From Pseudomonadota bacterium (GTDB lineage: Bacteria > Pseudomonadota > Gammaproteobacteria > Burkholderiales > Thiobacillaceae): a stretch of DNA of 64,000 nt. Below the pieces are notes generated by a model, which was not told where the DNA came from, made no database searches, and saw only the letters and a program-made list of their open reading frames with translations. Positions 1 through 9,595 of the stretch are shown here, piece by piece; position 1 is the first letter of the stretch; every line of letters starts with the position of its first letter. The stretch lies in assembly GCA_041639215.1 (NCBI GenBank), contig JBEQCP010000002.1, forward strand, positions 118,844 through 182,843. Direction: 5' to 3'. The position numbers and the translations under genes are program-made.

Positions 1-23
1 GCTGGGCCGGATGCGCGCCGCCG

Positions 24-52
24 CAAAAGAAAAAGCCCGGTTGCCCGGGCTT
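24..52 (-). terminator. Rho-independent terminator closing the sox operon
   Basis: Hairpin AAAGCCCGG-TTGC-CCGGGCTTT (32-53). On the minus strand it is followed by TTTTCTTTT, about 17 nt after the soxA stop. Confidence 0.55.
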
Positions 53-69
53 TCCTGATGTGGAACCGC

Positions 70-915
70 TTACTTGCGGAACACCGAGGCTTTCATCGGC
101 ATGCCGTTGGACAGCGCGGAATGGAAATACTCCAGGTTGTTCATGATCGTGCCACCTTGTGCGGGCGGCACGGCGCGGACCTGCTTGAAGCAGCCCTCGT
201 AGCGGTTCTGCAGCGTCACCAGGTTGTCGCCGCCGCGGAACACCGGCCAGTGCACGGCATGGCCGACGGCCGGCGAGATCAGCTCCGAGCGCAGGCGGTT
301 GCCGGCGTTCTGCACGTGGCAGCTGGCGCAGGCGAAATTGAGCTGGCCCTTGCGCGAGAAGAAGGTCTTCTTGCCATCCTCGTACGCAGCCGTCGCCTTG
401 GGGCCTTCGACCTTGATGTTCATCAGCATGCCGTCGGACAGGGTGCGCATGTAGGCGGTCAGCACGCCCATGGTCTTCATGTCGCTGACCTTGAAGGCTT
501 CCTCGCCGTTGGCGGTGCGGCAGTCGTTGATGGCGTCCTGCAGCGTCACGACCTTGCCCTTGGCCTCGTCGAACATGGGGTAGTTGCCGGCGATCTGCTT
601 GCCGCCGTTGGGCAGGCAGCTGGCGTAGGTCTTGCCGTTCTTGAACGGCGTTTCCCACATCTTGCGGCCTTTTTCGATATCGGCTTCGAAGGGCGGGAAT
701 TCCATGATGGCGTCGTACTGTGCCTTGCTGTCCGCGTCGAACGCCAGTGCACCGTAGACGTAATCCTCGAGTTTGATGTCGGGATATTTTTCCTTGTAGT
801 ACTTGATGAACTCCTGACGGTCCGATTCGGGCGAAGCCTGTACCGTCACGGCGCCCAGTGCAATACCCAGGCCTGCGATGCCTGTCAGCAGTTTCGTAAT
901 GATTTGTTGTTTCAT
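70..915 (-). CDS. soxA: SoxA, mono-haem cytochrome c of the thiosulfate-oxidising Sox complex
   Basis: 281 aa with a signal peptide and a single CxxCH (CASCH). It is the last gene after soxX, soxY and soxZ. Confidence 0.9.
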   Translation of the reverse strand: MKQQIITKLLTGIAGLGIALGAVTVQASPESDRQEFIKYYKEKYPDIKLEDYVYGALAFDADSKAQYDAIMEFPPFEADIEKGRKMWETPFKNGKTYASCLPNGGKQIAGNYPMFDEAKGKVVTLQDAINDCRTANGEEAFKVSDMKTMGVLTAYMRTLSDGMLMNIKVEGPKATAAYEDGKKTFFSRKGQLNFACASCHVQNAGNRLRSELISPAVGHAVHWPVFRGGDNLVTLQNRYEGCFKQVRAVPPAQGGTIMNNLEYFHSALSNGMPMKASVFRK

Positions 916-947
916 GCCGTCCTCCAGAAACCTGATGAATGAAGCGG

Positions 948-969
948 GAGCGGGGCTGACGCCCCGCTC
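948..969 (-). other. Intercistronic GC-rich stem-loop between soxZ and soxA
   Basis: 9-bp perfect stem GAGCGGGGC / GCCCCGCTC with a 4-nt loop and no U-run, so it is not a classic terminator. Confidence 0.4.
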
Positions 970-983
970 GTGACTTGCCTGAC

Positions 984-1298
984 TCAGCCGATCGCGGCTT
1001 CGGCGCTGTTCTTGTCGCCCTTGTTGTCGACCCAGCTGACGACGACCGTGTCGCCTTTCTTGGCGCCCTTGACCTTGAAGCCGAGGTAGGGGTTCTTCGA
1101 CACGCCGCCGCTCATGCCGGCCTGCAGCACCTTGGCGCCGTTGACGCTGGCGTTGACTTCGGTGATGTAGTGGGCGGGCACCAGCTGGCCGGTCTTGGCG
1201 TCTTTGCGCAGACCGGTTTCCATCGGGTGGTTCATCAGTACTTTGACGTCGGCGACGTCGCCTGCCATGGTGGCACGGATACGCATGGGTTCAGCCAT
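984..1298 (-). CDS. soxZ: SoxZ, sulfur-carrier partner of SoxY
   Basis: 104 aa. N-terminal MAEPMRIRA...VKVLMNHPMETG is typical of SoxZ. It lies immediately downstream of soxY. Confidence 0.9.
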   Translation of the reverse strand: MAEPMRIRATMAGDVADVKVLMNHPMETGLRKDAKTGQLVPAHYITEVNASVNGAKVLQAGMSGGVSKNPYLGFKVKGAKKGDTVVVSWVDNKGDKNSAEAAIG

Positions 1299-1347
1299 TT
1301 GGCTTTCCTTTCCTGAATGGGGATGTTGGGTAGGTGGGGGAGGTCGA

Positions 1348-1815
1348 TCAGCCGCCGCAGCCGCCGATGGTGACCTTCACTTCCTTGGCCGCCGTATAGG
1401 ACTTGCCGCCGGCCGTCACGACGGCGCGGATCAGCGAAGTCTGGCCCATCTTGATGCGGGTCGACACGAAGCCCTGGGCGCCGCCGGACAGGTTGAAGTC
1501 GGCGACCAGCGGGGTCGCGTTCTTCTCGGCGATGATGGCGATCATCGAGGTGCCGGCGATGCCGCTGGTGACTTCCACCGGCACGACCGCGCCGTTTTCG
1601 GCGATGTCCGGGGCCTTGATGGAGATGTCCTTGGAATCGGCGGGGGCTGCGGTGCCCATGTTTTTCAGGACGTCGCCGACGCTCTTGGCCTCGAAGGCGC
1701 TACGCGGCGCGGCGGCCAGCGCCTGGGTCGGCTTGAGCAGGCCGGCGGCCACGGCCACGGCCACGGTGCCAGCGCCAGCGGCGCCTTTCAGTACGTTTCT
1801 ACGAAGTGCATTCAT
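1348..1815 (-). CDS. soxY: SoxY, sulfur covalently-binding carrier protein
   Basis: 155 aa with a twin-arginine-like leader (RRNVLKG) and the diagnostic C-terminal GGCGG carrier-cysteine motif. Confidence 0.92.
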   Translation of the reverse strand: MNALRRNVLKGAAGAGTVAVAVAAGLLKPTQALAAAPRSAFEAKSVGDVLKNMGTAAPADSKDISIKAPDIAENGAVVPVEVTSGIAGTSMIAIIAEKNATPLVADFNLSGGAQGFVSTRIKMGQTSLIRAVVTAGGKSYTAAKEVKVTIGGCGG

Positions 1816-1852
1816 TGGGCATATCTCCTTGTTGAAAATGCAGCGGCCTGCT

Positions 1853-2230
1853 TTACAGACCGTAAACGAAATCGGTCACCTTATCGATTTCCTGTTCCGT
1901 CAGGACGCCATGCTTGCCGAACGGAATCATGGTGGAGGCAGGATTGAGGGCGGTGGCGTCCCAGATCTGGGCGCGCAACTTGGCTTTGTCAGGGTAGCGG
2001 GCGCTCATGGCGATCAGCGGCGGACCATACAGGCCGGTCGACTCGGCATCCGGCACGGTCGGCATGCCGTGGCATGCCAGGCAGTTGCCCTTGGTGCGGT
2101 TGAACGCGATGTCCTTGCCGGTTTCTTCTTTCTTGGGCTCGGCGGCGGACTGGGCCAGCACGCTTCCCGACAACATGATCGCGCTGATTGCGCAGGCCGC
2201 TGCTACTTGATGGAGCTTTCGCATGGTCAT
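1853..2230 (-). CDS. soxX: SoxX, mono-haem cytochrome c
   Basis: 125 aa with a signal peptide and a single CLACH haem motif. It is the first gene of the soxXYZA string. Confidence 0.85.
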   Translation of the reverse strand: MTMRKLHQVAAACAISAIMLSGSVLAQSAAEPKKEETGKDIAFNRTKGNCLACHGMPTVPDAESTGLYGPPLIAMSARYPDKAKLRAQIWDATALNPASTMIPFGKHGVLTEQEIDKVTDFVYGL

Positions 2231-2432
2231 CCTCCTGATTTTTGAAGTGGTGATGAAGCGCCTGCCGCGAGCTGTGCAGTGAGCGCTATCCGGTGATGGA
2301 TGAGACGAAGCATATGGAATTGATTTTTGCCACGCAAGGCCGCGCGGTGCCTTTTTGCGCCAAGCTTGCGGGGTAAATTCCTACCACTTCGCCTCTGGGA
2401 CGCAGAGTAGCAGGGCTCCGCGCTTACGCAAG

Positions 2433-3851
2433 CTAGTTCTTGCGCTGCGATTTTTCGATTTCCTGCCATTCGCGGCGGCGTGCCTCAGCGGCCGACATTT
2501 CGTGGAATCCGCCGTCACCGGCCTTGATGCCGAGGTTGATCTGTTCGAGTGCCGCTACCAGATTGCCGCTGAGGGCGAGCACTTCGGCCTGGGCGCGATG
2601 GCTTTGCAGCCGATGTCCCAGCTGCGCGTGGGCCTGGGCGGAGAGTCGCCACAGGCGGCGGTCGAGCGGATACAGGGAGAGTTGCCGTTCGGCGCGTGCC
2701 AGTGCTTCGCTGCTGCGGCCGCTGTTCAGCAAGGCCGCGATGTAGCCATACTGCAGGGGGCGATAGCCCGGGTAGGCGTCGCTGCCGGCCACAAAGCGCT
2801 GCAATGCGAGCCCCGGCTGGCCGGCAGCGAGTGCGGTGCGTGCCGCCAGTTGCAGGATCATCGGATGGGCCGGCTTGCCCGTCATCAGCTTCTGCACCTC
2901 GGCCTCGGCTTCCTTGAACTGCCGTGCGCGCACCAGGGCGGCGGCGAGGCCATAGTGGGCGGCGGTTTCGCTGCTGTAGCGCCTGTCCCTCAGGGCAGCG
3001 CGCGCCGCCAGCACGGCGTCGGCCGGCGTGCTTTCCTGGGCACGCAGGCGGGCGCGCACCAACTGGAAATCAAGGCTGTCTTCCACCTGGTGGTAGGGGG
3101 CCGCTTCGCTGCGCGATTCCATGTCGGCAATGCGGTCAGTGGTGAGCGGGTGGGTGCGCAGATAGGCCGGCGCGCTGGTGTCGTAGAAGCGGTTGGCACG
3201 TTGCAGGCGGTTGAAGAATCCGCTCATGCCGCGCGGATCGAAATCGGCGCGGGTCAGCATGTCGTAGCCGAGGCGATCGGCCTCGCGCTCGTAGTCGCGG
3301 CTGAAATTGAGCTGGCTCTGGATCGAATAGGCCTGGGTGGTGGCGATCGCCGCGCTTGCCACATTGGGGTTGGAGCGCGACGCCAGCAGCGCCAGCGCCA
3401 GCGCGGCCATGGTCGGCCAGTAGCTCTGGCTCTGCGCGGCGACCATGCGTGCGATGTGGTCCTGCGTGACGTGGGCGATCTCGTGCGCGATCACGCTGGC
3501 CAGTTCGGATTCGCTCTGTGCGGCGAGCAAGAGGCCGGTGTGCACGCCGATGTTGCCGCCGGGCATGGCGAAGGCGTTGATGCTGGGGTCGCTGACGACG
3601 AAGAAGGTGAATTCGCGCTGGTTGCGGGGGCTGACCGAGACCAGCTTGTAGCCGAGCTGGTTGAGATAGCTCTCGATCTCGGGATCGTCGAGATAGCGTG
3701 GGTCGGCGTAGACGTCGCGCATGATGGCGCGGCCCAGCGCCTGTTCTTCCTGGTCGGAAAAATACTGGCGTGATACCTCGCCCAGATCGGGCAGGTCGGT
3801 GGCCAGCACCGGCTGAATGGCCAGGCTGAATGCGAGCAGGATGCGCAGCAT
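2433..3851 (-). CDS. Periplasmic M48 zinc metalloprotease with TPR domain (BepA/YfgC-like)
   Basis: HEIAH zinc motif with a TPR-like C-terminal half. The start was moved to the internal Met that gives the signal peptide [17 protein letters not shown] (ORF track starts at 3941). Confidence 0.85.
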   Translation of the reverse strand: MLRILLAFSLAIQPVLATDLPDLGEVSRQYFSDQEEQALGRAIMRDVYADPRYLDDPEIESYLNQLGYKLVSVSPRNQREFTFFVVSDPSINAFAMPGGNIGVHTGLLLAAQSESELASVIAHEIAHVTQDHIARMVAAQSQSYWPTMAALALALLASRSNPNVASAAIATTQAYSIQSQLNFSRDYEREADRLGYDMLTRADFDPRGMSGFFNRLQRANRFYDTSAPAYLRTHPLTTDRIADMESRSEAAPYHQVEDSLDFQLVRARLRAQESTPADAVLAARAALRDRRYSSETAAHYGLAAALVRARQFKEAEAEVQKLMTGKPAHPMILQLAARTALAAGQPGLALQRFVAGSDAYPGYRPLQYGYIAALLNSGRSSEALARAERQLSLYPLDRRLWRLSAQAHAQLGHRLQSHRAQAEVLALSGNLVAALEQINLGIKAGDGGFHEMSAAEARRREWQEIEKSQRKN

Positions 3852-3923
3852 CAGCGGATAAATTTGGGAGCGTGCAACGGCATTTCGTTTAGGATGCGCG
3901 AATCGACGACTAGGTTCCTGAGC

Positions 3924-4406
3924 ATGAGCGAATTCACCCATTTTGACGAGCGTGGCCGCGCTGTCATGGTCGACGTGGCAGGCAAGGACGACACCCGCCG
4001 CATCGCCGTGGCAAGCGGTCGCATCCGCATGTTACCCGATACCCTTGCACGCATCCTGGAAGGGCAGGCGGCCAAGGGCGACGTGCTCGGTATCGCCCGC
4101 ATCGCGGCGATCCAGGCGACCAAGCGTACCGCCGACCTGATCCCGCTGTGCCATCCGATTGCGCTCACCAAAGTGAGCGTCGAGTTCGAGCACGATCCGG
4201 TCGAGTCCTGGATCGGCTGCACGGTGACCGCTGAAACCGTCGGCAAGACCGGGGTGGAAATGGAGGCGTTGACCGGCGTGTCGGTGGGGCTCCTGACCAT
4301 CTATGACATGTGCAAGGCGGTCGACCGCGGCATGGTGATGGGCGAGATCCGCCTGCTGGAAAAGCAGGGCGGGCGTTCGGGCCACTGGCGCGCGCCTTCT
4401 GCATAG
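3924..4406 (+). CDS. moaC: Cyclic pyranopterin monophosphate synthase MoaC
   Basis: [19 protein letters not shown]-terminus and MoaC-like core ([22 protein letters not shown]). The start was moved to an internal ATG. Confidence 0.9.
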   Translation: MSEFTHFDERGRAVMVDVAGKDDTRRIAVASGRIRMLPDTLARILEGQAAKGDVLGIARIAAIQATKRTADLIPLCHPIALTKVSVEFEHDPVESWIGCTVTAETVGKTGVEMEALTGVSVGLLTIYDMCKAVDRGMVMGEIRLLEKQGGRSGHWRAPSA

Positions 4407-4460
4407 TCCTATCGTCATCTTTTGGCCGTGTCTGCGCTGCGGCATGATGCGCGCGTGTCG

Positions 4461-5171
4461 ATGACGAGCGTGGCCATGCGGCAGATCGGATTCCTGTTGT
4501 TGTGCCTGTGGGCGGCGGCTGCGCGCGCCGTCTTGCCGGACTATCGGGCCTTTCCGGCCACCGGCGAGCGCCTGCTGTTGTGGGTGGCGTCCGAACGCGG
4601 TCGTGCCGGACCCGAACTCGATGCGGCGCGGCAACTCGCCGGGCAGGGCATCGAGGTGTGGTCGCTCGATCCGGTCGGCGCCTATTTTCTGCCGCAGGTG
4701 TCGAGCAGCATGGACGCCGTGCCGGTGGACGAGCTGACGGACTGGCTGCGCGCTGCGCAGGCCGGCGGCAAGCGGGTCGCGGTGGTCGGCGTGGCGCGCG
4801 CAGCGGTGCCGCTGCTGCGTGCCGCCGCCGCGCTCGATGCGGCCGCACGGCAGCGGCTGTGCGTCATGCTGTTGTATCCCAATCTCTATACCGCGGCCGA
4901 GCCGCTTGCCGAGCCGGCCTATCTCGGGCTGGGTGATCTGGACGGTTTGAGGGTGCGGGTGCTGCAGCCGCGCCGCTCGGCGGCCACGCCCTGGCTGCCG
5001 GGCCTGCTCGATCACCTGACGCGGCAGGGTGCGACGGCCTCGAGCGTGATCCTGGAAAACCTGCGCGAAGGCTGGTGGATGCGCGAGACGCCGACCGAAT
5101 TCGAAACGTCTGAAAGCCGCCGCATGGATGTCCTGTTGCTGCGTGAACTCGATACTTGGGGGTGCCAATGA
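4461..5171 (+). CDS. Secreted hypothetical protein
   Basis: High GC3 coding frame with a signal peptide (MRQIGFLLLCLWAAAARA). Its stop overlaps the next gene start (ATGA). I recognise no family. Start is uncertain (4461 or 4476). Confidence 0.55.
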   Translation: MTSVAMRQIGFLLLCLWAAAARAVLPDYRAFPATGERLLLWVASERGRAGPELDAARQLAGQGIEVWSLDPVGAYFLPQVSSSMDAVPVDELTDWLRAAQAGGKRVAVVGVARAAVPLLRAAAALDAAARQRLCVMLLYPNLYTAAEPLAEPAYLGLGDLDGLRVRVLQPRRSAATPWLPGLLDHLTRQGATASSVILENLREGWWMRETPTEFETSESRRMDVLLLRELDTWGCQ

Positions 5172-5683
5172 AGAGCCTGTTCGCGGGGTTGGTCCTCGGC
5201 CTGCTGCTGGTTGCCGGCGTGCACGCGGCCGGATTCGAGGCGCGTGCGGCGTCCGTGGCGCCCGAGCTGCGCGCGACCGACCTCGAGGGCGCGTCCAGAA
5301 CGCTGGTGGATTATCGTGGCAAGGTGGTGCTGCTCAATTTCTGGGCGTCGTGGTGTCCGCCGTGCCTGCGCGAGATGCCGTCGCTGGAACGCCTGCGGGT
5401 GAAGATGGCGGGGCGACCGCTGGAGATCGTCGCGCTCGACAGCGCGGAGACGGCAGACGAGGTGAAGGCCTATCTGGCCAGGATGCAGCTGGGGTTTCCT
5501 GTTCTGCTCGATCCGGACGGCAGCAATACCCGGCGCTGGAAGGTGTTCGCGCTGCCGACCACCTTCCTGCTGGATGCCGAGGGGCGGGTACGCTACGTGC
5601 TGACCGGGCCGACCGAGTGGGACGAGGGCGAGGCCCTGCACGTGATCGAGTCTCTGCTTTCGGAGAATCCTCAGGTACTTTAG
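5168..5683 (+). CDS. Periplasmic thiol:disulfide oxidoreductase, TlpA/ResA family
   Basis: Signal peptide MKSLFAGLVLGLLLVAGVHA and a WCPPC redox motif. The start was set at the ATG overlapping the upstream stop. Confidence 0.8.
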   Translation: MKSLFAGLVLGLLLVAGVHAAGFEARAASVAPELRATDLEGASRTLVDYRGKVVLLNFWASWCPPCLREMPSLERLRVKMAGRPLEIVALDSAETADEVKAYLARMQLGFPVLLDPDGSNTRRWKVFALPTTFLLDAEGRVRYVLTGPTEWDEGEALHVIESLLSENPQVL

Positions 5684-5954
5684 TACCAGGCTGAGTTGGT
5701 GGCCTTAACCCCGTAAAAAATAAGGATTTTTATTAGTGGTTCTTATGGGGTTATCAGCCTTTTTACTTGCCAGCCCGGCGACAGAACGTGCAAAATAGCA
5801 GTATATTCAAATTGTTTAATATAAGCCGTCCCCGCAGCATCCAGCGCTGATGTGCTGGCGCTGCTTCCAGCAGTCACCTAGTGTTATATCCGGGTAGGGA
5901 ACGTGCGACTTCTGCATAGAAGCCGCCGGGGACAATTTTGAACCTAGAGACCGC

Positions 5955-8831
5955 ATGAACGCCAAGATCAAACTCGAAAATCACGACGCACAGGAAATCA
6001 AGTACACCACTTGCTATATGTGTGCCTGCCGCTGCGGCATCAAGGTGACGCTGGAAGACAACAAGGTCCGCTTCATCCAGGGCAACCGCAACCATCCGAC
6101 CAACCAGGGCGTGCTGTGCGCCAAGGGCTCGGCGGGCATCATGAAGCAGTACTCGACCGCCAAGCTGACCCAGCCGCTGATGCGCAAGCCCGGCACCGAG
6201 CGCGGCGAGGGTATCTACGAGCCGATCTCCTGGGAGCAGGCGCTCGACGTGCTGACCGATCGCCTGGAGGAAATCCGCGCGACCGATCCGTCGAAGCTGG
6301 CTTACTTCACGGGCCGCGACCAGATGCAGGCGCTGACCGGCCTGTGGGCGCAGCAGTTCGGTACCCCCAACTGGGCGGCGCACGGTGGCTTCTGTTCGGT
6401 CAACATGGCGGCCGCAGGCCTCTATTCGATCGGCTTCTCGTTCTGGGAATTCGGTGCGCCCGACTGGGACTATGCCAAGTATTTTCTGATGTGGGGCGTG
6501 GCCGAAGACCACTCCTCCAACCCGATCAAGATTGGCCTCGAGAAACTCAAGCGCCGCGGCGGCAAGTTCGTCACCGTCAACCCGGTGCGCACTGGTTACT
6601 CGGCGATCGCCGATGAATGGCTGCCGATCAAGCCCGGCATGGACGGCCTGCTGGCGATGTCGATGGTGCACGTGTTGTTGAAGCACGAGAAGTTCGACTA
6701 CGAATTCCTGGTGCGCTACACCAATGCTTCGTGGCTGGTGGTGCAGACGCCGGGCCAGAAGGGCGATGGCCTGTTCCTGCGCGACGAGAACAACCAGCCG
6801 CTGATCTGGGACCTCGACAAGGAAGCCTTCAAGAACGGCATGGACGGCGACATCGCGCCGGCGCTGTTCGGCGAATACGTCGCGCCCGATGGCCGCCGTG
6901 TCAAGACCGTCATGTCACTGATGGCCGAGCGCTATCTCGACACGCGCTATGCTCCCGAGAACGTTGCCCTCGAAGTCGGCCTGCCGGCCGAGGCGATCGA
7001 GCGCATCGCGCTCGAAATGGCGCACGTCGCCTTCCAGGAAACAGTCGAGCTGCCGATCGAGTGGACCGACGTCTGGGGCAGGAAGCACGACAAGGTGGTC
7101 GGCCGTCCGGTGGCGATGTACGCGATGCGCGGCATCGCAGCGCATTCCAACGGCTTCCACGCCTGCCGCGCGATCCACATGATCCAGATGCTGCTGGGCG
7201 CGCTCGACGCGCCGGGCAACTTCCGCGCCCGCGCGCCCTATCCGAAGCCGATCCCGCCGCACCAGCTGCCGGAAAACAACATCGACATCATCAACGCGCC
7301 GAACACGCCGCTGTCGCGTCCGCCGCTCGGCTTCCCGACGCGCCCGGAAGACCTGGTGATCGACGAGTTCGGCAACCCGCTGCGCATCGACAAGGCGTAT
7401 TCGTGGGAAGTGCCGATCGCCTCGCACGGCATGATGCACATGGTCATCACCAATGCGGTGAATCACGATCCCTACGCGATCGACACGCTGATCCTGTTCA
7501 TGGCCAACATGGCGTGGAACTCGACCATGAACACCAGGAACGTGCAGGACATGCTGCGCGCCAAGGATCCCGAGGAGCCGGGCGAGTACAAGATCCCGTT
7601 CCTGGTGGTGATCGACGCCTTCCATTCGGAGATGACCAACTTCGCCGACCTGATCCTGCCGGATACGACCTACCTCGAGCGCTACGACACGATTTCGCTG
7701 CTCGATCGTCCGATTTCCGAGCCGGACGCTGCTGCCGACGCGATCCGTCATCCGCTGGTCCAGCCCGACCGTGACGTGCGCCCGTGGCAGGAAGTCATGG
7801 TCGAACTCGCCTCGCGCCTGAAGTTCCCGGCCTTCACCAAGCCCGACGGCACGCGCAAGTTCAAGGACTATCCCGACTTCATCGTCAACTACGAGCGCTC
7901 GCCCGGCATCGGCTTCCTCTCCGGCTGGCGTGGCAAGGACGGCAGCAAGTCGTTGAAGGGCGAGCCGAACCCGAACCAGTGGGAAAAGTACATCGAGAAC
8001 CAGAGCTTCTTCGCGCACCACTGGCCCGACAACCAGAAGTACATGCGCTACGCTAACAAGGACTACCTCGACGTGGCGGCGGACGCCGGCTTCGTCGGCA
8101 AGGTCGAGCCGATCATCATGCAGTTCTACTCCGAGCCGCTGCAGAAGTTCCGCCTCGCCGGCATGGGCCTCTACGACGGCCCGCAGCCGAACAACCAGGT
8201 CGACCGCGAGCGTCTGGTGAAGTACTTCGACCCGCTGCCGATGTGGTACGAGCCGCTCGAGCAGCAGCGCGTCGACGCCAACGAATACCCGTTCTTCGCG
8301 CTCACCCAGCGCCCGATGTTCATGTACCACTCGTGGGATTCGCAGAACGTGTGGCTGCGCCAGATCATGGCGCAGAACTACATGTACATGAACGCCCGCA
8401 AGGCGGCCGAAATGGGCATCAAGGACTTCGACTGGATCTGGGTCGAGTCGCACAACGGCAAGATCCGCTGCCAGGTCAAGACCATGGAAGGCACGCAGGA
8501 AGACACCGTGTGGACCTGGAACGCCATCGGCAAGCAGAAGGGCGCCTGGGGCCTCAAGGAAGATGCGTCCGAAGCGACCAAGGGCTTCCTGCTCAACCAC
8601 CTGATTTCCGAACTGCTGCCGGAGAAGTCCGGCGAGCGCCGCGTCACCAACTCCGACCCGGTCACCGGCCAGGCGGCGTGGTTCGACCTGCGGGTGAAGA
8701 TCTGGAAAGCGGAACCGGGCGAGACCGGCTCGTGGCCGCAGTTCGACGTGCTCAAGCCCTACCCGGGCGACGAGCGCTACGAGCGCCCCAACGTGCTGCG
8801 CTACGACGCCCGCAGCCACGAAAAGAATTGA
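5955..8831 (+). CDS. soeA: Molybdopterin (bis-MGD) oxidoreductase catalytic subunit, SoeA-like sulfite dehydrogenase
   Basis: 958 aa with no twin-arginine leader. N-terminal C-X2-C-X3-C-X27-C FeS motif (CYMCACRC...C). Followed by FeS and membrane-anchor subunits. Confidence 0.8.
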   Translation: MNAKIKLENHDAQEIKYTTCYMCACRCGIKVTLEDNKVRFIQGNRNHPTNQGVLCAKGSAGIMKQYSTAKLTQPLMRKPGTERGEGIYEPISWEQALDVLTDRLEEIRATDPSKLAYFTGRDQMQALTGLWAQQFGTPNWAAHGGFCSVNMAAAGLYSIGFSFWEFGAPDWDYAKYFLMWGVAEDHSSNPIKIGLEKLKRRGGKFVTVNPVRTGYSAIADEWLPIKPGMDGLLAMSMVHVLLKHEKFDYEFLVRYTNASWLVVQTPGQKGDGLFLRDENNQPLIWDLDKEAFKNGMDGDIAPALFGEYVAPDGRRVKTVMSLMAERYLDTRYAPENVALEVGLPAEAIERIALEMAHVAFQETVELPIEWTDVWGRKHDKVVGRPVAMYAMRGIAAHSNGFHACRAIHMIQMLLGALDAPGNFRARAPYPKPIPPHQLPENNIDIINAPNTPLSRPPLGFPTRPEDLVIDEFGNPLRIDKAYSWEVPIASHGMMHMVITNAVNHDPYAIDTLILFMANMAWNSTMNTRNVQDMLRAKDPEEPGEYKIPFLVVIDAFHSEMTNFADLILPDTTYLERYDTISLLDRPISEPDAAADAIRHPLVQPDRDVRPWQEVMVELASRLKFPAFTKPDGTRKFKDYPDFIVNYERSPGIGFLSGWRGKDGSKSLKGEPNPNQWEKYIENQSFFAHHWPDNQKYMRYANKDYLDVAADAGFVGKVEPIIMQFYSEPLQKFRLAGMGLYDGPQPNNQVDRERLVKYFDPLPMWYEPLEQQRVDANEYPFFALTQRPMFMYHSWDSQNVWLRQIMAQNYMYMNARKAAEMGIKDFDWIWVESHNGKIRCQVKTMEGTQEDTVWTWNAIGKQKGAWGLKEDASEATKGFLLNHLISELLPEKSGERRVTNSDPVTGQAAWFDLRVKIWKAEPGETGSWPQFDVLKPYPGDERYERPNVLRYDARSHEKN

Positions 8832-8866
8832 ACCGCCCAGCCAGAACATAAAGACGAGAGAGCAAC

Positions 8867-9562
8867 ATGAGACTAGGTTTGGTCATTGACCTCGACGTGT
8901 GCGTGGGCTGTCATGCCTGCGCCATCGCCTGCAAGGAATGGAACGCGTCCGGCACCATCGGGCCGCTGTCCGACTACCAGCCCTACGGCGCCGAGCCGTC
9001 GGGCGTGTGGTTCAACCGGATCCGCCATTTCGAGATGGACGAGTATCCGAACAACAAGACGGTCAACTTCCCGATGTCGTGCATGCACTGCGAGGACGCC
9101 GACTGCGTCACCGTGTGCCCGACCGGCGCTTCCTACAAGCGTGCTGAGGACGGCATCGTGCTGATCGACCAGGACAAGTGCATGGGCTGCAACTATTGCT
9201 CGTGGGCCTGCCCGTACGGCGCGCGCGAGCTCGACCGTTCCAGCGGCACGATGAAGAAGTGCACCCTGTGCGTCGACCGCATCTACGACGAAAAGCTGCC
9301 GGTCGAGGAACGCCAGCCCTCGTGCGTGCTGACCTGCCCGGCGCACGCCCGCATGTTCGGCGACTTCGACGATCCCGATTCGGCTGTGTCGCGCACCGTG
9401 CGCGAGCGCGGCGGCTTCCCGCTGATGCCCGAGCTCAACTACAACCCGACCAACACCTATCTGCCGCCGCGCCGCAAGCCGGTGATCGAGATCGAGACCA
9501 AGCCCAAGGGCGGCCTGAAGGAAAGCATCAAGCAGTTCGCCAACAAGCTGGTGCGCCGTTGA
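8867..9562 (+). CDS. soeB: 4Fe-4S ferredoxin-type subunit, SoeB-like
   Basis: 231 aa with four Cys clusters (CVGCHAC, CMHCEDADC, CMGCNYC, CTLC...C) of DmsB/PsrB type. Confidence 0.8.
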   Translation: MRLGLVIDLDVCVGCHACAIACKEWNASGTIGPLSDYQPYGAEPSGVWFNRIRHFEMDEYPNNKTVNFPMSCMHCEDADCVTVCPTGASYKRAEDGIVLIDQDKCMGCNYCSWACPYGARELDRSSGTMKKCTLCVDRIYDEKLPVEERQPSCVLTCPAHARMFGDFDDPDSAVSRTVRERGGFPLMPELNYNPTNTYLPPRRKPVIEIETKPKGGLKESIKQFANKLVRR

Positions 9563-9595
9563 TCGCGCTGCCGAAACATTGAGCCAGGAGTAACC

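Noticed and set aside
2300-2380. Sigma54-like GG-N-GC motif (CGGTGCCTTTTTGCG) in the gap between the M48 protease stop and soxX.
   Set aside because: GG to GC spacing is one nucleotide short of the consensus. The motif is also on the plus strand, where no downstream gene exists. The sox genes are on the minus strand.
3852-3923. Possible molybdenum-cofactor riboswitch upstream of moaC.
   Set aside because: The divergent intergenic gap is only 72 nt, too short for the roughly 130-nt Moco RNA motif, and no conserved stem architecture was apparent.
6915-8849. 644-aa ORF antisense to the soeA-like gene. Similar long antisense or out-of-frame ORFs include 14788-16698 opposite valS, 55194-57449 opposite ppsA, 60643-62232 opposite eno, 39071-40645 and 40366-41388 opposite hflK/hflC, 2355-3773 opposite the M48 protease and 44054-45793 opposite rnr.
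   Set aside because: These are shadow ORFs typical of high-GC DNA. Their translations are Arg/Ala/Gly/His-rich with no motifs. The opposite strand in each case encodes a protein with unmistakable family signatures.
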